NCBI GenBank assembly: GCA_033551855.1
Contig: JAWSUI010000001.1
Coordinates: 186,691 to 250,690 of the forward strand
DNA: 64,000 bases
Direction of reading: 5' to 3'
Source of the DNA: Deferrisomatales bacterium
GTDB lineage: Bacteria > Desulfobacterota > Deferrisomatia > Deferrisomatales > JACRMM01
The notes below the pieces were generated by a model that saw only the letters and a list, made by a program, of their open reading frames with translations, made no database searches and was not told where the DNA came from. The position numbers were made by a program, and so were the translations under genes. Of the stretch, positions 54,442 through 63,999 are shown one piece after another. How positions within the stretch are numbered: position 1 is the stretch's first letter; each line of letters opens with the position of its first letter.

Positions 54442-55124
54442 GGGTCGGGGTGATCGACACGGGGGTGAACCCGTGGCACCCCCACGTCCGGGGCCCCGTG
54501 GACGGCTGCCGGATCTTCGCGGCGCCCGACGGGACGATCCGGGAGGACGGGGACTTCCGGGATCCCTTGGGGCACGGGACGGCGGTCGCCGGCGTTCTTC
54601 GACAGGGCCTGCCTCGGGCCGAGCTCTTCGCGGTGCGGGTCTTCACCGAGGGCCTGCTGACGTACCCGTCCCTCGTCGCCCGGGCCGTCCTGCGGGCGGC
54701 CGCCGAAGGGTGCCGGCTCCTCAACCTGAGTGTGGCGGTCCCGCCGGGACCGGGCTCGGAGGTCCTCGCCCGCGCCTGCGAGGAGGCCCTCGGCCAAGGC
54801 TGCGCCCTGGTGGCGGCCGGGCGGGCCGACGACGGAGAGGCGCTGCCGGGAGCCCTGCCGGGGGTCTTGCGGGTCCTGCCGGACGACCGTCTCGAGCCCG
54901 GCCGGGTCCTGCGCGACGCGGACGATCCCGGTGCCTGGCGCGCTCTGGGGCGACCCCGCGACCTGCGCGGACTGCCCCGCGACGCGAACCTCTGGGGCGC
55001 CTCCTTTGCCTGCGCTCGCGTCTCGGTGTATGTTGGCAGCCGCCTGTCCTGCGGTGCGCGGGGGCACAAAGACCTTGACCGACCCACGGCTTGCCGCTAT
55101 AAAGACCCCCTCACGGGCGATTAG
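54438..55124 (+). CDS. qhpE: Subtilisin-like (S8) leader peptidase, QhpE-like
   Basis: Catalytic triad motifs VIDTGV, GHGTAVAG and GASFA; small, with no signal peptide; ATGA overlap with aor. Confidence 0.8.
   Translation: MRVGVIDTGVNPWHPHVRGPVDGCRIFAAPDGTIREDGDFRDPLGHGTAVAGVLRQGLPRAELFAVRVFTEGLLTYPSLVARAVLRAAAEGCRLLNLSVAVPPGPGSEVLARACEEALGQGCALVAAGRADDGEALPGALPGVLRVLPDDRLEPGRVLRDADDPGAWRALGRPRDLRGLPRDANLWGASFACARVSVYVGSRLSCGARGHKDLDRPTACRYKDPLTGD
55075..55103 (+). promoter_or_regulatory. Sigma70 promoter of tRNA-Val
   Basis: TTGACC-17 nt-TATAAA, 11 nt before the tRNA. Confidence 0.8.
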
Positions 55125-55189
55125 CTCAGCGGAAGAGCACTGGCCTCACATGCCAGGGGTCGCAGGTTCGATCCCTGCATCGCCCACCA
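55115..55189 (+). tRNA. tRNA-Val(CAC)
   Basis: GGGCGAT/ATCGCCC acceptor stem, CTGGC-CTCACAT-GCCAG anticodon arm, GGTTCGA T-loop, CCA end. Confidence 0.95.
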
Positions 55190-55198
55190 GACGTTCAG

Positions 55199-55231
55199 AG
55201 GGACCCGGGACGGCACCCGGGTCCCTTTTTT
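55199..55231 (+). terminator. Terminator hairpin after tRNA-Val
   Basis: AGGGACCCGGG...CCCGGGTCCCT followed by a T-tract. Confidence 0.75.
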
Positions 55232-55440
55232 GGTTCATCCGGTAAACGGCCGGGTGGGTCCGCCCACTCCGGCAGACGATGCCGGGCTGCACGGTGGGAG
55301 CGCTCCCGCGCCGCATCCGGAATCCTCGCGATATTGCGGCTCCCGAAGCAACTGGTCCGGTCGAGCGGCCGTTCGCCTACATGGTCGGGCCCACCCGATC
55401 GTCCCTGGAGACGAGTACCCGGTCACTCCCCGGATGCGCC
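55232..55440 (+). ncRNA. Candidate structured ncRNA, copy B (209 nt)
   Basis: About 91% identical to the reverse complement of 17290-17498; closing stem GGTTCATCCGG/CCGGATGCGCC followed by a T-tract. Confidence 0.6.
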
Positions 55441-55608
55441 TCTTTTTTTGGTGTTTTTTCGGGGAATGATCGGATTCTCGCCTGCACACACGGTCGGACC
55501 TCGACGGCCGTGTCCCGGATGGGCCCCTCCTGTTCCCTGTGGGGAATGTCGCGGGGCGTCCCCCCGGGAACGGCCGGGCCGTGCCTCGCTTCCCGACCCG
55601 GAGGTCCC

Positions 55609-56553
55609 ATGCGCCCACTTGCCCTCGCCCTGGCCCTCCTCCTCTCCGCCTGTGCCGTGATCCGGCTCCCCCTGGGCACCTCGGAAGCCCACCGGGAGGT
55701 GAGCCTGCTGGGGGAGGGAACGGGGAAGGTCCTCCTGGTGGAGGTCTCGGGAACCCTCTCCTTTCGCAGTCCCTGGTCTCCCCCGGGCCTCGGCCGGGGG
55801 GAGAGCCTGCCCGCACGGGTTCGTGCCGATTTGGACTGGGGCCGTAAGGACCCCCAGGTGAAGGCGCTCCTAGTAAAGATCGACTCCTCGGGGGGAACCG
55901 TGGCGGCGAGCGACGTCGTCCTCCACGAGATCCTGTCCTTTCGGGAGGAGAAGGGCGTTCCCGTTGTCGCCGTGATCTTGGAGAGGGGACTCTCCGGCGG
56001 CTACTACGTCGCCCTCGGGGCCGACGAGATTCTCGCCCTGCCCGCGGCCCTGGTGGGGAGCGTGGGGGTCTTCGTGGCGAAGCTCGACGCGTCGATCCTC
56101 CTCGAGCGCTGGGGGGTCCGGAGCGAGATCACGAAAGCGGGAGCCCAGAAAGACCTCCTGAGCCCCTTGCGCCCCCTGGGGCCCGAAGAGCAGGAAACCC
56201 TCCGGGAGATCGTGGACGCCTTCCAGGATCGGTTCGTGGAGGCATTGCGGGCGGCCCGACCGGGGGTCCGGGACGCCGATCTGGAGGTCATCGCCACCGG
56301 GGCCCCCTTTACCGCCCAACGTGCGCAGGAGCTCGGGATGATCGACCGCGTGGGGTACCTGGACGACGCGTTTCGGGCGGCCCTCGAGCGGGCGGGCCTG
56401 GAGGACGGCCGCCTGGTGGCCTACCGGCGGGGCTCGGCGGCCCGGGGAAACCCGTACGCCCTGGGTACGCTCCTCGGGGGCATCGAGGCTGGGCCCATCC
56501 TTCTGGACCCGTCGGCGGTGGAAGAGCTCTTCCAGGCGGAGCTCCGGTACTGA
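55609..56553 (+). CDS. sppA: Signal peptide peptidase SppA (S49), lipoprotein
   Basis: LSAC lipobox; IDSSGG, SGGYYVA, VGSVGV, KAGAQKD. Confidence 0.85.
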   Translation: MRPLALALALLLSACAVIRLPLGTSEAHREVSLLGEGTGKVLLVEVSGTLSFRSPWSPPGLGRGESLPARVRADLDWGRKDPQVKALLVKIDSSGGTVAASDVVLHEILSFREEKGVPVVAVILERGLSGGYYVALGADEILALPAALVGSVGVFVAKLDASILLERWGVRSEITKAGAQKDLLSPLRPLGPEEQETLREIVDAFQDRFVEALRAARPGVRDADLEVIATGAPFTAQRAQELGMIDRVGYLDDAFRAALERAGLEDGRLVAYRRGSAARGNPYALGTLLGGIEAGPILLDPSAVEELFQAELRY

Positions 56554-56671
56554 AGCCCGCGGCCTCCGGGGCTGCCCTCGAGGTCGGCGCCGGGCCTGTG
56601 GGCCGTGTCGGGTTCGGGCAAACGGGGACGCTGGAAAACGGCCGGGGCAACGGCATGCAGCCCGCGCGGAG

Positions 56672-57985
56672 TCACGGATCCGGTATTGGGTCGGCTGTGG
56701 GGGCCTCGGGGAGGTCCAGGGCGAAGGTGCTCCCACCGGGGCCCGAGGCGGCCAGGGTGAGGGATCCGCCGGTGCGCTCGAGGGCTTGGCGAGCCAGGGC
56801 CAGACCCAGCCCGACGCCGGTGGCGGTTCGGGTGTCGCCGGAGTCAGCTTGGCGGAAGGGCTGGAAGATGCGGTCCCGGTGCTCGGGGGCGATGCCGGGC
56901 CCGCTGTCGGCAACCTCCACCCGCACCCCGCCGGCAACCTGCGTCGCCGTCAGCACAATCCCGCCGCTGGCGGTGAACTTGCACGCATTCTCCAGGACGT
57001 TGCGGAGTGCCCGGCGGAAGCCCTCGCGGTCTCCGAGCGCGGCGGGAAGCCCGCCCTCCACCTGCACGTCCAGGGTGAGACCTTTCGCGACGGCGAGCTC
57101 TCGGGTGGCGGACACGGTCTCGGAGACCACCGCCGCGAGATCGAAGGGGCGGGGTGCCGATGCGCCCGATGCCGCCAGCCCGGCCGCCTCGAGCATCTGG
57201 TCGAAGATTCCGAGGAGCCGCTCCCCGTGGCGGCGAATCTTTCGAAGGCTCTCCCCCTGGGCCTCGGTGACCGCACCCTCGATCCCGTCCGCCAGCAGGT
57301 CCGCGAAACCGAGGATGGCGTTGAGGGGCGTCCGCACTTCGTGGGATATGAGGGAGAGGAACTCGTCCCTGAGCCGTGCGGCTTCCTGTGCGTTTCGGAA
57401 CTGGACGGAGAGCTCCTCGTTCCGGCTCTCGAGGCGCTGGGTCATCTGGTGTAGAGCCTTGTTGTTTTCCAGGATGGTGCGGTTGCGGGTATCGAAGTAG
57501 GCGTCCAGCGCCAACTCCACGTCCAGGTACACGACCTTCTCCAGGGCTCGCAGCCACCCCGCCAGCCGGGTTGCCTGGTAGCCCTGGCTCAGGAGCCGCT
57601 CCCGGACCATGTCCTGGAACTTCCGGTATGCCCCCAAATACCAGGCCGGCTCCAAGCGAACCCGCTCGTGGACGAACCCGATCCGAAGGCGGTCTTCGAA
57701 GTACTCGCGATCGTGGGGGCCGTGCAGGAGGCTGTGGAAGTAGCGGGTCTGCATGGCCCGCAGGTGGTCTCCCACCTTCCCCCGGGGCAGTTTGTCGCGG
57801 GTCTCGGGGCGCTCCAGGAGGAACGCGTGCCAGCGCTCCACCATCTCCTCCAGGTGGGGGCCGAGCACGCCGGACAGTTCGGCCAGGAGCTGCCGGTCTT
57901 CGTCTCCGATCTCGAGGAACGCCAAGCGCGAGGCGCGCTCGGCGGGTCCCAGGGCCAGCATGTCGGTCCACCGTTGCCCTTCCAC
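56672..57985 (-). CDS. Globin-coupled sensor histidine kinase
   Basis: N-terminal protoglobin domain (RLAFL, RLRIGFVHERVRLEPAWYLGAY); SHEVRTPL, NACKF, DSGPG, GVGLGL. Confidence 0.85.
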   Translation of the reverse strand: MEGQRWTDMLALGPAERASRLAFLEIGDEDRQLLAELSGVLGPHLEEMVERWHAFLLERPETRDKLPRGKVGDHLRAMQTRYFHSLLHGPHDREYFEDRLRIGFVHERVRLEPAWYLGAYRKFQDMVRERLLSQGYQATRLAGWLRALEKVVYLDVELALDAYFDTRNRTILENNKALHQMTQRLESRNEELSVQFRNAQEAARLRDEFLSLISHEVRTPLNAILGFADLLADGIEGAVTEAQGESLRKIRRHGERLLGIFDQMLEAAGLAASGASAPRPFDLAAVVSETVSATRELAVAKGLTLDVQVEGGLPAALGDREGFRRALRNVLENACKFTASGGIVLTATQVAGGVRVEVADSGPGIAPEHRDRIFQPFRQADSGDTRTATGVGLGLALARQALERTGGSLTLAASGPGGSTFALDLPEAPTADPIPDP

Positions 57986-58346
57986 CGCACCTCCTGCCTG
58001 ACCCCGTGAGAACGGCGGCGCCCCCGGCCTCCCGCGGGGAGCGTTCCTTCGGGCGCCCTCCCCGGAACGGCGCGACTCTAGGGGGGCGCGAGGGGGCTGT
58101 CAAGAAGGACCCCGTTCCAGGATTCCCCGCCAGCTCGGCAAGCGGGGTCCGGGAGCCCCTGCGTTTCGCCCCGCAATCCGCGGCGATGAGAAGGGGTATC
58201 CCCGCAGGCCCCAGCGCCGGGACACCCGTTTTCTCCGGACTCGGCGGGGGTCGGTCGACGCGGTACGGGGGTGTTCCCCGGGGCTCCCGGGGAACGTCCG
58301 AAGATGTTCTCGTGGATTCCGGCGCCCCCCCTACGCCCCAAGAGAA

Positions 58347-58379
58347 CAGAGCCCGCGGGGGGTACCCGCGGGCTCTGTG
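58347..58379 (-). terminator. Terminator after groEL
   Basis: ACAGAGCCCGCGGG...CCCGCGGGCTCTGT hairpin. Confidence 0.65.
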
Positions 58380-58401
58380 GTGGACGTCCGGCGTGGGAGG
58401 C

Positions 58402-60057
<1,656 letters not shown>

Positions 60058-60106
60058 TTCGTGTTCCTCCTTCGGGAAGGTTGGTCGGGTCGGTCGGCGC
60101 GGAGGC

Positions 60107-60397
60107 TCAGCCCTCGATCACGCCCATGATGTCGTCTTCGCGCATGATGAGGAGCTCCTCACCCTCCACCTTGATCTCGGTGCCGGCGTACTTGGAGAAG
60201 AGCACCTTGTCCCCCGCCTTGATGTCGAGGGGCTGGATCTTGCCGTCCTCGTTTCGCTTTCCGGGGCCGGCGGCGACGATCTCCCCCTTCTGGGGCTTCT
60301 CCTTGGCCGTGTCGGGGATGATGATCCCGCCAGCCGTCTTCTGCTCCTCCTCGAGGCGCTTCACCATGACGCGGTCCTGCAGGGGTCGAATCTTCAT
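60107..60397 (-). CDS. groS: Co-chaperonin GroES
   Basis: [25 protein letters not shown]. Confidence 0.98.
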   Translation of the reverse strand: MKIRPLQDRVMVKRLEEEQKTAGGIIIPDTAKEKPQKGEIVAAGPGKRNEDGKIQPLDIKAGDKVLFSKYAGTEIKVEGEELLIMREDDIMGVIEG

Positions 60398-60453
60398 TGC
60401 ACGTGCCTCCTTCTTTCCCTCTGGGTAAGGGGGTGTAGGGTCCTGCCGACTTG

Positions 60454-60480
60454 CTAGCACTCTACCGCCTGGAGTGCTAA
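60454..60480 (-). promoter_or_regulatory. CIRCE element (HrcA operator)
   Basis: TTAGCACTC-N9-GAGTGCTAG on the minus strand upstream of groES; TTGACG-17-TACTTT promoter at 60490-60518. Confidence 0.92.
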
Positions 60481-60771
60481 CGGAGCGGGAAAGTAACCAT
60501 CTGGATCCCGGCCGTCAAGACCGAAGCTGAAAAAATCTCGGCAGGGGAGGTTGGGCGGACAAAATGGGGTGAGAAGTCTCGGGGGGGCGCGGGTCGGCGC
60601 TCACGAGACCAGCGCCGGCTCGGTCCGTCTCGAGACCGGATGCCGGAGAGGGCCGGACGTGCGAGCGGATCCCGCGAGCGATCCCGACCCCGGTGTCGTC
60701 TCTCGCACGGCCTGTCGGCGAGGCATCGCCGGACAGGCACCGGCTGTTGGGCGGCGGCGCCCCCCGGGCGG

Positions 60772-61776
60772 CTAGGTCTTCAGCCCCTCCATCACCTCGA
60801 TGAGATCGACGACCCGGTTGGAGTACCCCCACTCGTTGTCGTACCAGGCCAGGGTCTTGGCGGCGTGGGCGCCGACGGTCTGGGTGAGGGGGGCGTCGAA
60901 GATCGACGAGTGGGGGTCCCCGATGATGTCGCTCGAGACCAGGGGGGCTTCCGAGTAGCGCAGCACCCTGCGCAGGCGTTCGGTCTCGGAAGCCGCCCGC
61001 AGCGCGTCGTTGATCCTTGCCACCGTGACGGCCTCTCGAAGCACCGTCACGAGATCGACAATCGACCCGTCCGGCACCGGTACGCGCATGGCCATCCCGT
61101 CGAGCCTGCCCTTCAGGTGGGGCAGCACCTGGCCCACCGTCCGGGCCGCCCCCGTGGAGGTGGGGATCGTGTTCTCGGCCGCGGCGCGGCTGCGGCGCCA
61201 GTCCGAGTGGGGCACGTCGGCGAGCCGCTGGTCGTTGGTGTAGGCGTGCACGGTGGTCATCAGCCCGCGCTCGATCCCGAACTCCCGGTCCAGGACCGCC
61301 GCCAGGGGGGCGAGGCAGTTGGTGGTGCAGGAGGCGTTGGACACGATCCGGTGCTCCGGGCGGAGCTGGTCCTCGTTCACCCCCAGCACCACCGTGGCAT
61401 CGATTTCGTCCTTGGCGGGGACGGTCAGCACCACCTTGCCGGCCCCGGCGTCCAGGTGGCCCTGGAGCTGCTCCCGTTTGCGGAAGACCCCCGTGGCCTC
61501 GATCACGTAGCCGATGCCCAGGCTCTTCCAAGGCAGCTCCCCCGGGCTCCGGAGCGTGAGCATCTGGACGGTCTGGCCGGGGCTCCGCAGGACGTCGCCC
61601 TCTACGGTGACCTGCCCTGGGAAGGGCCCCATGATCGTGTCGTGGCGCAGCAGGTACCCGAGGGCCTGGTTGTCGGCCAGGTCGTTGACGGCGACGACCT
61701 CCATGTCGCCGCGCGCCTCCAGGAGGCGGAACACGGTGCGCCCGATGCGGCCAAACCCGTTGATGGCGATGCGCAT
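60772..61776 (-). CDS. gap: Type I glyceraldehyde-3-phosphate dehydrogenase
   Basis: INGFGRIGR, SNASCTTNCL, TTVHAYT, WYDNEWGY. Confidence 0.93.
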   Translation of the reverse strand: MRIAINGFGRIGRTVFRLLEARGDMEVVAVNDLADNQALGYLLRHDTIMGPFPGQVTVEGDVLRSPGQTVQMLTLRSPGELPWKSLGIGYVIEATGVFRKREQLQGHLDAGAGKVVLTVPAKDEIDATVVLGVNEDQLRPEHRIVSNASCTTNCLAPLAAVLDREFGIERGLMTTVHAYTNDQRLADVPHSDWRRSRAAAENTIPTSTGAARTVGQVLPHLKGRLDGMAMRVPVPDGSIVDLVTVLREAVTVARINDALRAASETERLRRVLRYSEAPLVSSDIIGDPHSSIFDAPLTQTVGAHAAKTLAWYDNEWGYSNRVVDLIEVMEGLKT

Positions 61777-61780
61777 GACG

Positions 61781-62800
61781 CTACCCTCCCGCCTGGGGCC
61801 CGGCGCCGGCCATCCGGCGGGCGAGCTCGAGCATGCGGGCCGCGTAGGCCCAGCCGTTGTCGAACCAGGTCAAGGTCTTCACCAGCCCGGGCCCCATGCC
61901 CATCGTCGCCGAGGCGTCGAAGACCGCCGAAGCCAGATTCCCCTTGACGTCGCTCGAGACGATGGGGTCCTCGGTGTAGTCGGCGAGGCCCCGGTACGGG
62001 CCGTGGGCAGCCTCCCGGAGGATCCCGTTGACCTCTTCCGCCGACAGGGGCTTGCCGAGCTGGGTTACGAGGTCGATGTTGGAGCCGGCCATCACGGGGA
62101 CGTTGAGGGAGACTCCCTGAATCCGCCCCCGCAGTGCCGGAATCATCTCCTCTACGGCCCCTGGGGCCCAGGTGTGGTTGGGGATGATGTTCTTCGCGGC
62201 GCTGCGGCTCCAGCGGGGGCTGGGCTTCGCAGTGTCGCTGAGCTGCTGGTCCCCGGTAACCGCGTGCACCGTCGTCATGAACGCCCACTCCACCCCGGCC
62301 GCGTCGTGCAGGATCTTGAGAGCCACTCCCAGGGCGTGGCTCGAGCTCGAGCCGTTGGAGACGATGCGGTCCTCGGGGCGGAGGTCGGCGTCGTTCACCC
62401 CATTGATGATCGTCCGGTCGATGGGGTCCAGGGCCGGCGTGGACAGGAGCACCTTCCGGGCGCCGGCGGCGAGGTGACGCTCGAGCTCCTCCCGGTGGCG
62501 GAACCGCCCGGTGCACTCCAGCACGATATCGACCCCGAGCACGTCCCAGGGGATCGCCCCCGGCATCGACTCCCGCAGGTACCGCACCCGCTGGGGCCCA
62601 ACCAAGAAGTGATTCCCGTCCACGGAGACTCCACCGGGGAACGCCCCTTCGATGGTCCCGTGGCCCAGCAGGTACGCGAGCGACTCCAGGTCGGCCACGT
62701 CGCTGACGGCCACGAACTCCAGGTCCGGCTCCCGATACCCGATCCGGAGGAGATTCCTCCCGATCCGGCCGAAGCCCGAGATGCCGATCCGGATTCCCAT
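61781..62800 (-). CDS. GAPDH-like protein lacking the catalytic cysteine
   Basis: ISGFGRIGR, TTVHA and WFDNGW are retained, but the active-site motif reads SNGSSSSHAL. Confidence 0.85.
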   Translation of the reverse strand: MGIRIGISGFGRIGRNLLRIGYREPDLEFVAVSDVADLESLAYLLGHGTIEGAFPGGVSVDGNHFLVGPQRVRYLRESMPGAIPWDVLGVDIVLECTGRFRHREELERHLAAGARKVLLSTPALDPIDRTIINGVNDADLRPEDRIVSNGSSSSHALGVALKILHDAAGVEWAFMTTVHAVTGDQQLSDTAKPSPRWSRSAAKNIIPNHTWAPGAVEEMIPALRGRIQGVSLNVPVMAGSNIDLVTQLGKPLSAEEVNGILREAAHGPYRGLADYTEDPIVSSDVKGNLASAVFDASATMGMGPGLVKTLTWFDNGWAYAARMLELARRMAGAGPQAGG

Positions 62801-62923
62801 GGCGCTATCTTCCTCCGGGACGAGCCCGGCGCAGGGGTGAGCGGCTCTACGGTGGATCACTATATCCCGGGAGCGGCGGGGGACAAGGGGCGCGCGCGAC
62901 CCATCCGCAACCAGAGAAAAACA

Positions 62924-62951
62924 GAGGGGTTGCGCACGAGGCGCAACCCCT
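62924..62951 (-). terminator. Hairpin downstream of the tRNA-Asp fragment
   Basis: AGGGGTTGCGC-ACGAG-GCGCAACCCCT, with a T-rich tract on the minus strand. Confidence 0.6.
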
Positions 62952-62961
62952 TGTCTTTACA

Positions 62962-63008
62962 TGGCGGGAGCGACGAGACTCGAACTCGCGACCTCCGACG
63001 TGACAGGC
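62962..63008 (-). mobile_element. 3' half of tRNA-Asp(GTC): attachment site at the edge of an integrated element
   Basis: Minus strand GCCTGTCACGTCGGAGGTCGCGAGTTCGAGTCTCGTCGCTCCCGCCA spans the anticodon loop to CCA; no D-arm or 5' acceptor strand; GC content drops to the right. Confidence 0.8.
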
Positions 63009-63168
63009 GTCGAAGGAAGCCGTAAGTATCTGAAATCATTGGGATTGAGTTTTGCAAAGTTGCGCCATACAGACCACGAAACGCACCCCAAGCGCACCCA
63101 AGTGCAGCGTAATGCACGGTGCCATCTTTCGGACGTTCGATGGTCGACAGGAGAACTCGCCCGGGTTG

Positions 63169-63378
63169 CTATTCCTCCTTGCTCGGCTCCCCGTCCAGCG
63201 TCTCGTCCAGGCCCCTGCGGAGGCGGTCCTTGATGTCCTGCTCCTCCGGGGTCGGTTCATCCGGGCTCGGCCCACCCTCGTCATTTCGCAATAGCTCGGG
63301 CCGCTGCATCCAGTGCTGGCCGAAGTTCAGTATCAATCCTTCGAAGAACATCGGATCGTCCGGTAACGTCAATACCAT
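63169..63378 (-). CDS. Small acidic hypothetical protein (island)
   Basis: ORF MVLTLPDDPMFFEGL...; start uncertain; no recognisable motif. Confidence 0.35.
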   Translation of the reverse strand: MVLTLPDDPMFFEGLILNFGQHWMQRPELLRNDEGGPSPDEPTPEEQDIKDRLRRGLDETLDGEPSKEE

Positions 63379-63507
63379 CTCGATGCCCTTCGCCACTCGG
63401 GGTCTCCTCCTCGTGTTTCCCCTTGTGACCGCTTGCATGGCTAACGTGGCCCTCAGCGGTTGCCGGAAGCGCGCCAGCGCTGGAGGCAATCCGACTGAAG
63501 GGCAGGG

Positions 63508-63999
63508 TTAGTTCTCGGTCTTGACCTTTTTCTCGAGGAGCCGCCTCATTCCGGCAGTAAATGTCTTTGCGGCTGCCTTGCTCGCGGCCACTTGGTTCAC
63601 CAGAAAGACGAGAACTTCCCGCACGGTCGCCGCGTCCTGCATGCAGTTCTCGTCGGTCTCGGCATGCAAACCACCACTCAGCACGGAGTGCAGCACCCCG
63701 AGAGGGTTCATGCCGTCAGGCCTGAGGATTGGAGGGAGCAGGTTTTTGACGAGAGAGATCTTCTCTTGGGCGACGATCGTGCGCTTCGTCTGCTCGAGCG
63801 CAGAAAGATAAAGGGCACGGTCCGGGCCCTCGATCAAATCCGCAATTTCGGCGAGTAAGGAGTCGATAGTCTCCTCAACTATGCGTCTGTAATATGCGAA
63901 CGCGGCTATACCATAGCCCTGTGACTCGCAAACAAGGCCCTTCTTCAGCAATTCCCGGGCACGGCTGAAACGGCGAAAACTGGGGCCTCTTGAGCGTAG
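63508..63999 (-). CDS. Hypothetical protein (island cargo; 5' end outside the window or disrupted), possibly DUF4145/HEPN-like
   Basis: Frame is open to the window edge; KKGLVCESQGYGIAAFAYYRRIVE...NPLGVLHSVLSGGLH; lower GC. Confidence 0.6.
   Translation of the reverse strand, partial: LRSRGPSFRRFSRARELLKKGLVCESQGYGIAAFAYYRRIVEETIDSLLAEIADLIEGPDRALYLSALEQTKRTIVAQEKISLVKNLLPPILRPDGMNPLGVLHSVLSGGLHAETDENCMQDAATVREVLVFLVNQVAASKAAAKTFTAGMRRLLEKKVKTEN

Noticed and set aside
62962..63040. Intact tRNA-Asp
   Set aside because: The 5' half (acceptor 5' strand and D-arm) is absent.
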